The position numbers and the translations under genes were made by a program. From Torpedo marmorata (lineage: Eukaryota), in NCBI GenBank assembly GCA_977017645.1, contig OZ360235.1:20522001-20586000 (forward strand): a DNA stretch of 64,000 nt, given 5' to 3'. The notes under the pieces are model-generated. The model was given only the letters and a program-made list of their open reading frames with translations, made no database searches and was not told the DNA's origin. Position 1 is the first letter of the stretch. Every line of letters starts with the position of its first letter. This document shows, one piece after another, positions 14,266 through 25,207 of the stretch.

Positions 14266-14574
14266 GTGGTGATTAGTAAGGGATTACTTAAGGTGGTATG
14301 TGAGTGGAAAGAAAAAGTTTGAAAACCACTGTTTTAATCATACCTAATTGACTCGTTATGTGCACGGTTTCATATCTCCAAAGGAAATGGGCCAATGACA
14401 ATTTTTCTCAAGCAAAATATTTCAGTAACATTTGGGTCTAGAGCAATGGTTCTCAACTTTTTTTCCCCACTCACATACCACCTTAAGTAATCCCTTACTA
14501 ATCACAGAGCACCTATGGCATAGGGATTACTTAAGGTGGTATGTGAGTGGAAAGAGAAAGTTTGAAATCCACTG
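14266..14574. mobile_element. hAT (Charlie-like) hairpin MITE: one full palindrome (14444-14574) plus a half copy (14266-14331)
   Basis: Termini CAATGGTTCTCAA...TTGAAATCCACTG; long internal inverted repeat ccactcacataccaccttaagtaatccc / gggattacttaaggtggtatgtgagtgg. Confidence 0.75.
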
Positions 14575-14599
14575 CTATAGATCAATACTTGCAGTAGAT

Positions 14600-14890
14600 T
14601 TTCCCACACTCTTTTATAAATTGTGCATGTATGTTTTATTAAATTGTGCGTGTATTTTCCCACGCTCTTTTATAAGTTGTGCGCATATGTTTCATTAAAT
14701 TGTGCGCGTATTTTCCCACGCTCTTTTATAAATTGTGCGTGTACGTTTTATTAAATTGTGCGCGTATTTTCCCACGCTCTTTTATAAATTGTGCGTGTAC
14801 GTTTTATTAAATTGTGCGCGTATTTTCCCACGCTCTTTTATAAATTGTGCAAGTGTGTTTTATTCCCGCTATGATTTTCCCACGCTCTTC
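14600..14890. repeat. Minisatellite, ~56-bp unit, about 5 copies
   Basis: The unit ttttcccacgctcttttataaattgtgcgtgtacgttttattaaattgtgcgcgta recurs, e.g. at 14711 and 14767. Confidence 0.9.
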
Positions 14891-17800
14891 TATTAATTGT
14901 TGTGTTAATAAAAGTAACGTTTGATTGCAAACCCTTGTGTCCATTCTCATCTCTCTCGAACCTGGCAATTTCTCAACACACCAATGACCAGTGCGGGGAC
15001 CGCTAGTGGTGATGCTAGTGAGCCACGCAGCGACGATGATCACTTGTCGGCGTTACTCACCATTATCACCCTTTTTGGGGGAAAAGTGGGTCTAACATGC
15101 CGTCAAATATGGTATGTTATACGTGACACTAGACCTCAACGCTGTTGAGTTAAACGTCCCGCCTCTTTTGCTACCGGAATGCCGGCTTGCTGTGTAAAAA
15201 GACACACTGACCCGGCATTATGCCGGCTTTGTTCGGTTCTGTGTAAACGACCAAAGCCAGCTTAATGCCGGGTCTTCCTTACGTCAATATCGCGGGATTT
15301 CTGTGTAAAAATCTCTTAAAAGGATAGTGGTAGCGGATTCAAAAGTAACAATAAAAAGGAAATTGAGCATATGCTTGAAATGGAGAAAATTGCACTGCAA
15401 CAAGGGGAAAAGGCTGGAGTGTGGGACTAATTGAATTGTTCCTGAGCTGAATCATTTACTTCTGTGCAGTTGGATATTTTGACCTCAAAATTCAGCTTCA
15501 TGGCCCTGTTTGAGCTGGATCATGATTGTATGTAGTGGTTCAATGGGGAACCACTGCCTATCTGCCCTCTTCTGTTCAGCACATTTTCCCTTGCCATATC
15601 TGTGCAATGTGGCAATACAAAACGTGATAGAGGCCAGAACATTTAACATGGTCTGTCAGCTTTATTACCATCCATTCATTCGACTGTAATTGCTAGCATT
15701 AATTAAAAAAGGTATTTCCCTTATTCTGTTGCAAAAATGTGTTTTAATTTACTGCAATGAATTTTATTTAAATCTCAATTTTATATTTAATTAAAATTGT
15801 GAAAACAAATGATCACTAAAAATGTTGACGTATCTCTGAACATCAGTTATTTAAAAGAGATAGATATCTTTAACAGCACTATGTTGTCAAAGACTGTCAC
15901 AGCAATTCTGGATGTACGGCATCTGGATCTGGTGCCTGACTACTTGCAGCTTGTTCTGCACCAAAAATGGACTGTATAGCCCCTCTCACATTTGTCATAG
16001 CCGGGAAGTGAAGCTCCACATTAATGTTGCCAGGTTAGTTGGATTGAGCATGAATCCAGTCCATTGTTAAGCAGTATGAGTACTAAATATGTGCTCAATG
16101 AATGCATATTGTGCCAAAAGTAAGCCAAGTTCAAAAATAATTAAGAGTTTGAGTTTGCGATGCAGTCACTGAAAATGTACAGCTGATGATGTGCTCATTG
16201 TTTTGGTGCTACCAACATTAAATTTAAGTTCCAGACTGAAACTAACAACCTTTCTTGCAGTGCTGAAGGTGTTACTGCTGCACTGTGTGGTTCTATAATT
16301 ATTTGATAGTTAATGTATGGAAGGTTGCCGGGTATCATGTGCCAGTTGCTGATTGTTTATCATGATTCCAAGCTCCCGTGCAATCTAGTTTTTCTCAGAT
16401 ATAGTGCATAGTAGACATTTACTATGATGTGCAGCTTCTCCATATAAATAGGTTGAGGGAACAGCTGGACAAGTTTCTAGAAGCAGGAAGAAAAGGTGCA
16501 AATGAACTCTTGGTAGGAGACCGTATTTGCCAGATATATAGGCTAAATGTCATATTAGAGCCTCATAAAGGAACAAAATGCAAGAGGTTTTGTGCTTCAG
16601 TAAGGGTTCACTGAAATATTAATATCCACCTTTTTGAGTCTGAGAATGGGTTAGCTGGTGATGTTGCACCTGTACCCATTTGAACGGTTGATGCTCCTTG
16701 TCACCTCTGGCTGTGCCCACTTCATTCGCTTCAGAGAGAATTGGGCCACAAGCGCTGTGCCAAGTTTTGTACATGGTTGATGCTGTTCTCCTTGATGTTG
16801 AATCTGTGCATTCCAGCAGGTCTACCATTGCACTCATCATTTAATTGTGCACATCCATCAGTCTGTTTTTTATGCCCTTACCCCTTACAATCCTCATCAG
16901 TCTTTTGCTCGTACTCATGTGTGACGTTGAACTACTTTGCATGGCAACTATGCAATTTTTACCCTACCCTCTTATAAGTTGTATCCATAACTCATGACAC
17001 AGAAATTGTTCAATTGTGTACATTTCAGCGCAAGTGAATTAAATTGTGATAATATCTTGTATGTTCTACTACCGCCTTTCCACTTTGTAGTTATAGGCCA
17101 TCTCAAAGGATAAAGGCACAGAAATGGCCTTGTGATAAATGAAAAGCCATTAAAAAAAAATGTGAGCCTACAACAGCTACAGTTTGTAAATCAAAAGAGA
17201 TTATGGGCTGAAGCGTATTTGAGGACGAGGATTAGGTGGGAGCATTCCACCTCCTGCTGACTATAGGCTCAAAATGGCCATCCAGTGAAGGCTATAGCAA
17301 TCTCCTCAGTGGAGTATAGTGATGTAGCCGCAGCTGTCATTTTGAGTAGTTGCTGCATTTCTGGTTCTCCACTATCTTCTAAGTGAATCAGTGAATGTTC
17401 TCTAGTTTGAGTAGTTTGCCTGTCAAGGTGGAATAGCTGGCTATGTGCATGTGGGTGAGATGTTTGCAGCGGTGTTAAATGTGATGGTGCAATGGCTAAG
17501 GTATGAGCTGTAATCATACAGATTGTTGGTGAGTATTTGATGGTGATATAATATATTGAATAGTCTCTGAAGCTAGTGAAGCTGCTGGTAAGATATAGTG
17601 TTTTAAAACACATTCACTGGCCTTGAGCTCGCTGGGGTTACTACAATTTTTGTAATTTCTAGCATCACTGCATTCATGTCCCCAGGACGTAGTCTGGTAT
17701 TGACTACCACAGCTCTCTTCTTCCAGTGGCTCTTCTGTATAAAGGCCAATGCAGTACTGGACGAGTGGAGTCCGCTGTCTCCATGTGCCAATCTTCACTG

Positions 17801-18839
17801 TTCTTACAGATTGGAAACTCCAGAATGTCAGTACCCACAGGAAACCCATTCCACCTGCATTAAGAGGACAATGTTTAAGTAATATATACCGGTACTCGTG
17901 TTGGGTAAGTGCTAGGCTCTCATGAAATTGGATCGCTTACTAAGGAAATGAACTAATGAACAGCAGAGTTGACTTTGTGGTAAATTATTGTAATGAGTGG
18001 GTAGCAAAATGTGCTTCATTTCCTGCATCACATATTATCATTTCCATGTTTACTTTCATATTTCCAATTTATTGACTGCCTCTCTCCTGCAATGCCCCCT
18101 TCCCCCACCCCACCACCCCCCCCTTTCCACAGTTGCTCTTTGTGCACTGGACATTTGGTTTAGGGCAGGAAGTTGTACACACCCTTGTGATATTATCTTT
18201 AGATAGAAGACAATGTAATTTGTTTTGAATTCTTCTTTGATTATAGGCTTCAATTTAGTGGAGCACAGCAAATATTGATTTTCACAGACATGAAACAAGT
18301 TTAAGATCAGTTATTGCAGTGTTAAACTTTTACCCTTAATGTTAGTCTTTTCCTCTGATAGCATTTGTCGCAAAGGAGCAGCTTTTGCTGAATATAGTGT
18401 ATTTTAAAGGTGTTTTACAAGATATTTACAAAAGTTAATGTTTTTACTTTCAACTACATTTTAGGACGTGATAATCTAGCAGGAAACAAGCCTATTTATC
18501 GTTTCAGGTAATTTTCAAGATGAGCTTCACTGTTGAGTCACTTTTTTGATTACTGAACTTTTATATATTAAAAAAAATACAATGAATTTATAAAAATGTT
18601 CTGGAAATAGGAAAGGTCCACAGGACCAATAAATTTGTCCTTGGTTGTTTCTTGAATTCATCTGTACTGTTTGCTTTTAATCAAGATACAGATAGCTAAA
18701 ACATTAATACTTTATTTCCTTTAATTTTCTTCACATTTTTAGTGTTAAACACATTGTCACATTGGAGGTCTGTTCCTAGATTATTTTCAAAGGCAATGTA
18801 TGAAAGTCTCTTTTTCATTTGCACATGAATGGCTTAAAG

Positions 18840-19068
18840 CAGCCATTCTCAATCTCCTTTTCGTTATGTTCTCCTTTGGATGCCACTCAAAGTTTGTGCC
18901 CCCTTCCCTGTGAAGCAGTCAAGTTTAGTTGATTTCTTCCGCACTTATCTCCTACTGACTGCATAAAAAGCATAAAAAATATTTTATGATTTCAGTCTGT
19001 GGCCCCCTTAAATGTGCTGTGCCTCCCAGGGGGGAGGGGGTGGGTGTGGCCCCTGTTGAAAATGGCTG
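18840..19068. mobile_element. hAT-type MITE
   Basis: TIRs CAGCCATTCTCAA / TTGAAAATGGCTG; imperfect 8-bp TSD GCTTAAAG / GCTTCAGG. Confidence 0.7.
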
Positions 19069-22000
19069 GCTTCAGGTGACTTCATTTTCTTGTTAGAGAG
19101 GAAAATAATTGTGTTGCTGACTGCCTTTCTTAGGAAATAATGATTTCAATGTATTGGGTAATGATGTCCCAATTATATAATTTTGTCCACTTTTTTTTAC
19201 TGTATAACTGCTTGTTAAAAGCTGAAATGATTCTAAACTTTATAAACTTCCATTAGTTAAATATGTTGTGTCATTTTCTTCCAGCTTATCTGAATATTTA
19301 TTCCATAGCTTCATGTTTGTGTACATCAAAAAAAGCTTTGCCAGATTTCTTGTCTGAACAGTTTTTTTTTATTTTGCTTATTTCCAACTTTTTCTAAGTT
19401 TATTGTAATAGTGCTCTCTGGTCATTAACACATTGAGACTCTAGAGTGGCCATTTTAAATGGATTTTTTTTATTGTAATTGAAATTTATTTTTGATTTTT
19501 TATAAATAAATAAGAAATAATTTTGGGGATTTTTTTGGTTGTTGCTGTTTGATAAAATGTATGGAGAAACGGGCTTAAGATTTTCAATATGTATCTTAAA
19601 TCCATTTGTGAGTTTTTGCTAATCTATACCAATATAACAAAAATCAATCCATCTCCCTCTTGAAATGTTCATTTGAACTCACTCTTTTTGCAAAAAGAGC
19701 AACAGATTTCTGCTAGTCATTTGAATGCAAAAGTGTTCCCTGATTTTTATTCTTGTTATGCAAAAGCAGTGAGTGCTGCAGCCCCACCAATGGAGAGGAT
19801 GTATGTTTCAAGCATCACCTGAGGATTGCAAGTTTTAGCAGACGCAACTGGTTTCCTCTGCAACATTTCATAACCATCTTGAGTTTCACACACTGTTGCC
19901 CTCTGCCTCCAGTTTGAGATTGTTAAGGCATTTGCCAAGCATTTCTTCCAAGAGAGTCTTCCAATCAGTAATAAATGTAATGGAAACCACTTTATCTTAA
20001 AACTAATGGCAGACAATGTATGATTTGGCAGTTAAAATGTGTTTTTGTTCCTTATCCATTGTGTATAAATGCACTTTCTTTTCCCTGTGACATGTTACCA
20101 TAATTAAATGTTTATGTAATTATACACACAAGCAGAACATGATAAAATCTCAAAAGTTAAAATCTCAAATTTAGTGATAAATTTCATTTTCACTTAATTT
20201 TGTGAAAATATGTTTGAAATTCTGGTCTCTGGGGTCATAATGTAATCTTGCCAAGTGCGAACTACAACAATACATGGAAAAAAAGTGAGAACATTAGCTG
20301 AAGTACTTTAATGAGAGCATGCCATTCATTGATCTTTTATCTAAATATCCAATAGAAGTACAGAGGCACGAGAAATTGTGGATGCTATATTCCTGAGCAA
20401 ATAATGCGAATCTGGAGGACTCAGCAGGTCAGGCAGCATCCAGAGAGAGAATGGATATTTAACGCTAAAAAAGGACCAGGGCCTGAAACATTGACTGTCC
20501 ATTTCTCTTCATGGATGCTGCCTGACCCTTGGTACCTTCAATTTTCATTGTTTGCTGAGGCATAGCTTTATGGTATTGTGTTCTGGACAATTAAGTATGT
20601 TCTAGCAGCTTGTTATCTTGCTTGTGTTTTTGGCCATCATGATTTTTTTTTTCTTCCTAATGACAATCCTGTGCACTTCCAACTTGATACTGTCTGTTCC
20701 AATATTATGAAAAGTTGGTGCTAAAGTTTGAGGCTAAGAACATTAAAGATAAACCTGTGATTAGTTTTTTTTCCCTGAACATGATATCTGATATTTATTT
20801 GTCAAGATAATATAACAATCCATTATAAAATCAGAAAATGGTGGAAATACTCAGCACGACCAGCAGCCTCTGAGGGGAGAGAAACAGAGTTAAGGTTTCA
20901 GGTCAATGAGCTGTTCTGGAAAAAAAACCATCTATGTGGTGCTCACTGTTGAAATGTTATGTAAATGCATGTAAGGATTAAAATGGATGTCACAGCACCA
21001 TCTCTAACAATAAGATTGCATTTGAACATAAAATATTCATGTTGATCTCCTTGGGTTAGTAAATTTAATAGCAATAATCTCATAGAACTTGAAAGGAATG
21101 TACTGATTTCAATTGCTTTTAATCCTCATTTGACAGAAACACTTTATTGATCGAGATTTGCAGTTGAATTGAAGTATGTTTGAGAGTTAAAATTTAATGG
21201 GAGGTATTCCTATTGTTAAATTTGAATTTCCTGAATTTCTCTACCTTTAATACAGTGTGAAAATGGTGGTTATGGGTTGGAGATTGGCAAATTGCAGTGA
21301 GGGCTTTGAAAATAATGTAAGTTTCGAATACTGTATCATTTCTCAGGAGAATAAATTTGGGGGTGAACCAATTTTAATGTTCATATTTGGAGATGTACTT
21401 TTATTAATATTTGGAGTGTGATCAGGAAATGCATAATGGATCAATCAGAAATCTGAATTGGCATAAATGTTGTTGGAACTCTTTTTCTGTGCCTGCCCCC
21501 ATAACTATTTCAAAATAGAACAAGAACAGGCCTTTTGGCCCACAATGTCGGCATCAATGTGCTGACAGTGATGCCAATTTCTTCCTGCACGCGGTCTACA
21601 TTCCTCAATTCCCTACTTAATCTGAAAGTTCATTATGTTTGAAAATGTTTTGTATAACTGAATGCTAGCAAAAAATTGCAAGTCTGGGAATCTGAATTAA
21701 AAATATAAAATTCCCCAAAAACTCATCAGGTTCATCAGCATTTGTGAACAATTAACATTTCAGGTTGATGACTTTATATGTCAGTGTATTGCACATCATT
21801 AATTTTATCCTTTAAACCTATGTATATTTTTACCATTTGAATGTAATTGACATGCTTTTGAATATCTGTTGTGCTCAGCATTTCATATGAATTAATAGTA
21901 TAAAATTATTCACAATGTTTCTTCACCTTGTGTCATTTGTTGCACCTCAGAATGTCAATTTATTTCACCACAAGTTTTTCACTTTGAAAAGTCCTCTCAT

Positions 22001-24105
22001 TTATGCTTAAAAGATCTTGAAAATGGGGTAGCCAGAAATCATCACAAATGTCCTTTGAATCGAAACACTTGAATCACCTCATTAACACACCTTATTAGAT
22101 TGTCACTAGGTACTTTTGCAGTCTTTTTGCAGCAAGTGTGCTGGAAGTCATTGTCATAATACACCATCTGTATAAATGCTAAACATTAATTTAACCACCT
22201 CAATAAATTGTTGTATTTTCATTCAGTTTGGAAAATGGGATTTTTTTTATCTGGCCCTTGGTTCCTTTTGAAAACAAATGTACTGAAGAGCTTGCGTACA
22301 TACGTATAGGACGTATCACCTCAGTAAGTTTAAAAAAAAACGCTATTAGATTTTAAACAAACTTCATAAGTGACTTCCTCTCATCAGACACTGGGTTCCT
22401 TTCGAAAATGGGCATGCTGGGAGCTGTCCGTGTGTCCCGTCTTCAGAAATCAGGTAGGGACCTTCATTCTCAAACAACACCAACATTCATTTAAAAATTG
22501 TCTTGAGGAATGTGATTTTAGTTGAAGAACATTCAAAAATGAAGTATTTTTACCATGATGTAATATTGACAGAGAAGGAAAGCATCCATGACTTGATAGA
22601 TTACTGCAGCAGCCTCTTAAAGTAATTGCACTAGACTGAACAATTGGAAATTAAAATTTCAGGAAATGTTGAGTACAGTACTGTTCTATAGTAGATAAGT
22701 ATTATGGGAATGGTTAAGCTAACAATGTACACTGTTATTGCATCCATCGTTTGCATTTGGCTATATGTTAAAGGTGTTACCTCGTATCAATTGCATCATG
22801 GAAGGTTGCCTGTAAGTTTAGATGAAGTGGATATGCATTCAGGAGCACAGGAGCAGTTGCTTTTCTAAGCCTGATCTATCTGTTAAAATTCAATGTGGTT
22901 ATATGTTGCTTTTTGGTGTTACTCCAATGGCATTAAATTTTTAAACTCTACTAAATTTTGGACATTGAGAAGGAGCATATACTATTGATTATGTTCTTTC
23001 TTTCATAGAACATTTTCCTTTAAGTGTAATTCTGATGTATTTTTAGCTGTTAATACAGCTGAAACACAGTTTGCTCACTCGTTTGAGCCTGCCAAATTGC
23101 TTTCAAATGTATCTTGTTTTATAGAAATTATTAACGTATATCATTGATTTCGGTTTTCATTTACACTTGTGTGACATTCTCAAAATACCACATGGATCAG
23201 AGGGAATGATCTTTATACATGGAGTATTTGATTTTGACCTCTAACGTGTGACTGTTGTTGAAAAAGAATGTGGCAACTTGAATGCCTCAGATAAATGAGC
23301 AGAGGAAATGAATGAGGAAAAACTGCATTGGCGGAAGATGAAATAGATCAATCAATTACTTTGCTCTTGGGTTTTTTTAATTAATTTTATGGGGTGTCGC
23401 GATGCTGGCAAGACAAGCACTTATAGTTCATCCCTAATTGCACTTTAGGAGGTAGTATTGATCCATCTATTGAACTATTGGAACCTTCTGGTGAAGCTGT
23501 ATTGTTGTAGAAGGAATTTCAGTATGATGATCAAGGATGGAAAAACACCTTTGTTGAAACATTTGATTAATATTTGGAATAAGATAAACATTGATGATGA
23601 AACGAGGGGACCTCTGTTATCAAAAATGTCTTTGATCCAAAATCGATTTATTCCTTTTACAATGGATAATCAACTTTTAAACATATGGTCACGTAAAGGA
23701 ATTAGATACATAGAAGATTGTTATGAAGGGGATAAATTAATGTCATTTGAACAATTAAGAAATAAACATGGAATACAAAATAATACACTTTTTTGCTATT
23801 TTCAGTTAAGAGCATATTTAAGAGATAAATTGGGCCCAACAATGTAATTACCGAAATCTAGTGATATTGAAATTTTGATTCGGAATAGACATACAAAGAA
23901 ATTTACTCTGCCATGTATAATTTACAACAAAGAGGAACTTCTAAACAAGGAACTCATAGGTCTAGACAAAGATGGGAGATGGATTTGAATATTAATATCG
24001 ACGAACGAAATTGGTCGGAATTCTGTCGAGATAGTATGACAAATACAATAAATGTTAGGTATAGATTGGTTCAATATAATTTTTTACACCAATTATATAT
24101 TACAC

Positions 24106-24453
24106 TGTAGCGGTAACCGCTCTGGGCAAGCGAACCGGTGCCCGCAATGGCGGCTGTGCAAGTACACATGGCAACAGCAGGGGCCGGCGCAAAGATGGCA
24201 CCGACCCCCCCCCCCCCCCTACTTCTTCAACCAGGAAAAGAAGGACAGGAGACCCGGGAAAGTTCCCATTGTAATGAACAGCTCCCATTGTCATGTCGAT
24301 GACAGCGATTAAGCGGCAATGGTCATGTAAACGACAGCAATTAAGCTCGCAACCCTGCTTAAAAGCCAGCGCTGCGAGACCAGATTAAACAGTCTTCCTT
24401 GCAACCCACCGACTGTGTGTTGTTCTTCAGAATTCTGTGTAGCTCACGCTACA
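24106..24453 (+). repeat. 5' LTR (348 bp)
   Basis: Perfect 7-bp terminal inverted repeat TGTAGCG...CGCTACA; directly repeated at 28163-28484. Confidence 0.95.
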
Positions 24454-24454
24454 T

Positions 24455-24467
24455 TGGTGACCCCGAC
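24455..24467 (+). promoter_or_regulatory. Primer-binding site complementary to the tRNA-Trp 3' end
   Basis: TGGTGACCCCGAC is the reverse complement of GTCGGGGTCACCA, the vertebrate tRNA-Trp 3' end, and lies 1 nt after the LTR. Confidence 0.85.
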
Positions 24468-25161
24468 AAGTCCAAATGAATTTGGACCTACAATGACCGA
24501 CTCCATGGCCATCAGCGCAGTCCCCGTCAAGCTGCCGACCTTCTGGACCCACCAACCCCATGTGTGGTTCGATCAGGCAGAAGCACAGTTTGCACTCCGC
24601 AGCATCACCGGAGATGCCACCAAGTACTACCATGTGGTCAGCTCACTCGGAAAGGATGCAGCCGCACGGGTGGAAGATTTCCTGCACCGACCACCAGAGG
24701 AGGGTAAATACCCCGCTTTCAATGCCCTGTTGATGAACACTTTCGGGCTTTCGCGACAAGAGCGGGGTGCCCGCTTGCTGCGGCTGGATGGGCTGGGAGA
24801 CAGATCGCCCTCACAGCTCATGGACGAGATGCTGGCCCTCACAGGAGGCCACACGTGCCTTTTCTTCGAGCAGGTTTTCTTAGAGATGATGCCACTCAAT
24901 GTGCCCCTGGCACTCGCAGAGGCGGATTTCTCCACGCCCAGGACGGTGGCAACTCGAGCGGACACTCTGGGAAGCAGGAAGGGTGAGTCAGACAATGGTC
25001 GACCAAGTGGTCAAACCAAAAACCCAACACCCCAACCCTGCTCGTCCCACCGAACGCACAGCCCTCGGTAGCAGCAGCGACAACGCCAATCTTGATTGGT
25101 GTTTCTACCACTGTCATTGGGGCCCGAAGGCCCGCCGGTGCAGGTCCCTCTGCAAGTTTCC

Positions 25162-25207
25162 GGGAAACGACAAGGCCAGCCGTCGCTAGTGGCTACGCCG
25201 GCTGGCC
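25162..25207 (+). promoter_or_regulatory. -1 ribosomal frameshift signal (gag-pol)
   Basis: Slippery G GGA AAC in the gag frame, 5-nt spacer, 9-bp stem GGCCAGCCG/CGGCTGGCC. The -1 frame leads into the protease. Confidence 0.85.

Larger units (their letters stand above)
13309..15316. mobile_element. Non-autonomous PIF/Harbinger element (composite, with nested content)
   Basis: 16-bp TIRs AGAGACTTTTACACAG / CTGTGTAAAAATCTCT (1 mismatch), TAA TSD at 13306-13308 and 15317-15319, and repeated internal tgtgtaaa motifs. Removing it rejoins a CR1-like 3' end. Confidence 0.85.

Noticed and set aside
16184-16240. C/D-box snoRNA (TGATGA...CTGA)
   Set aside because: Too short, no terminal stem and no recognisable guide sequence.
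17269-20016. Minus-strand ORFs (114, 111 and 86 aa) as a nested antisense gene
   Set aside because: No recognisable domain and no consistent splice chain; the lengths are compatible with chance.
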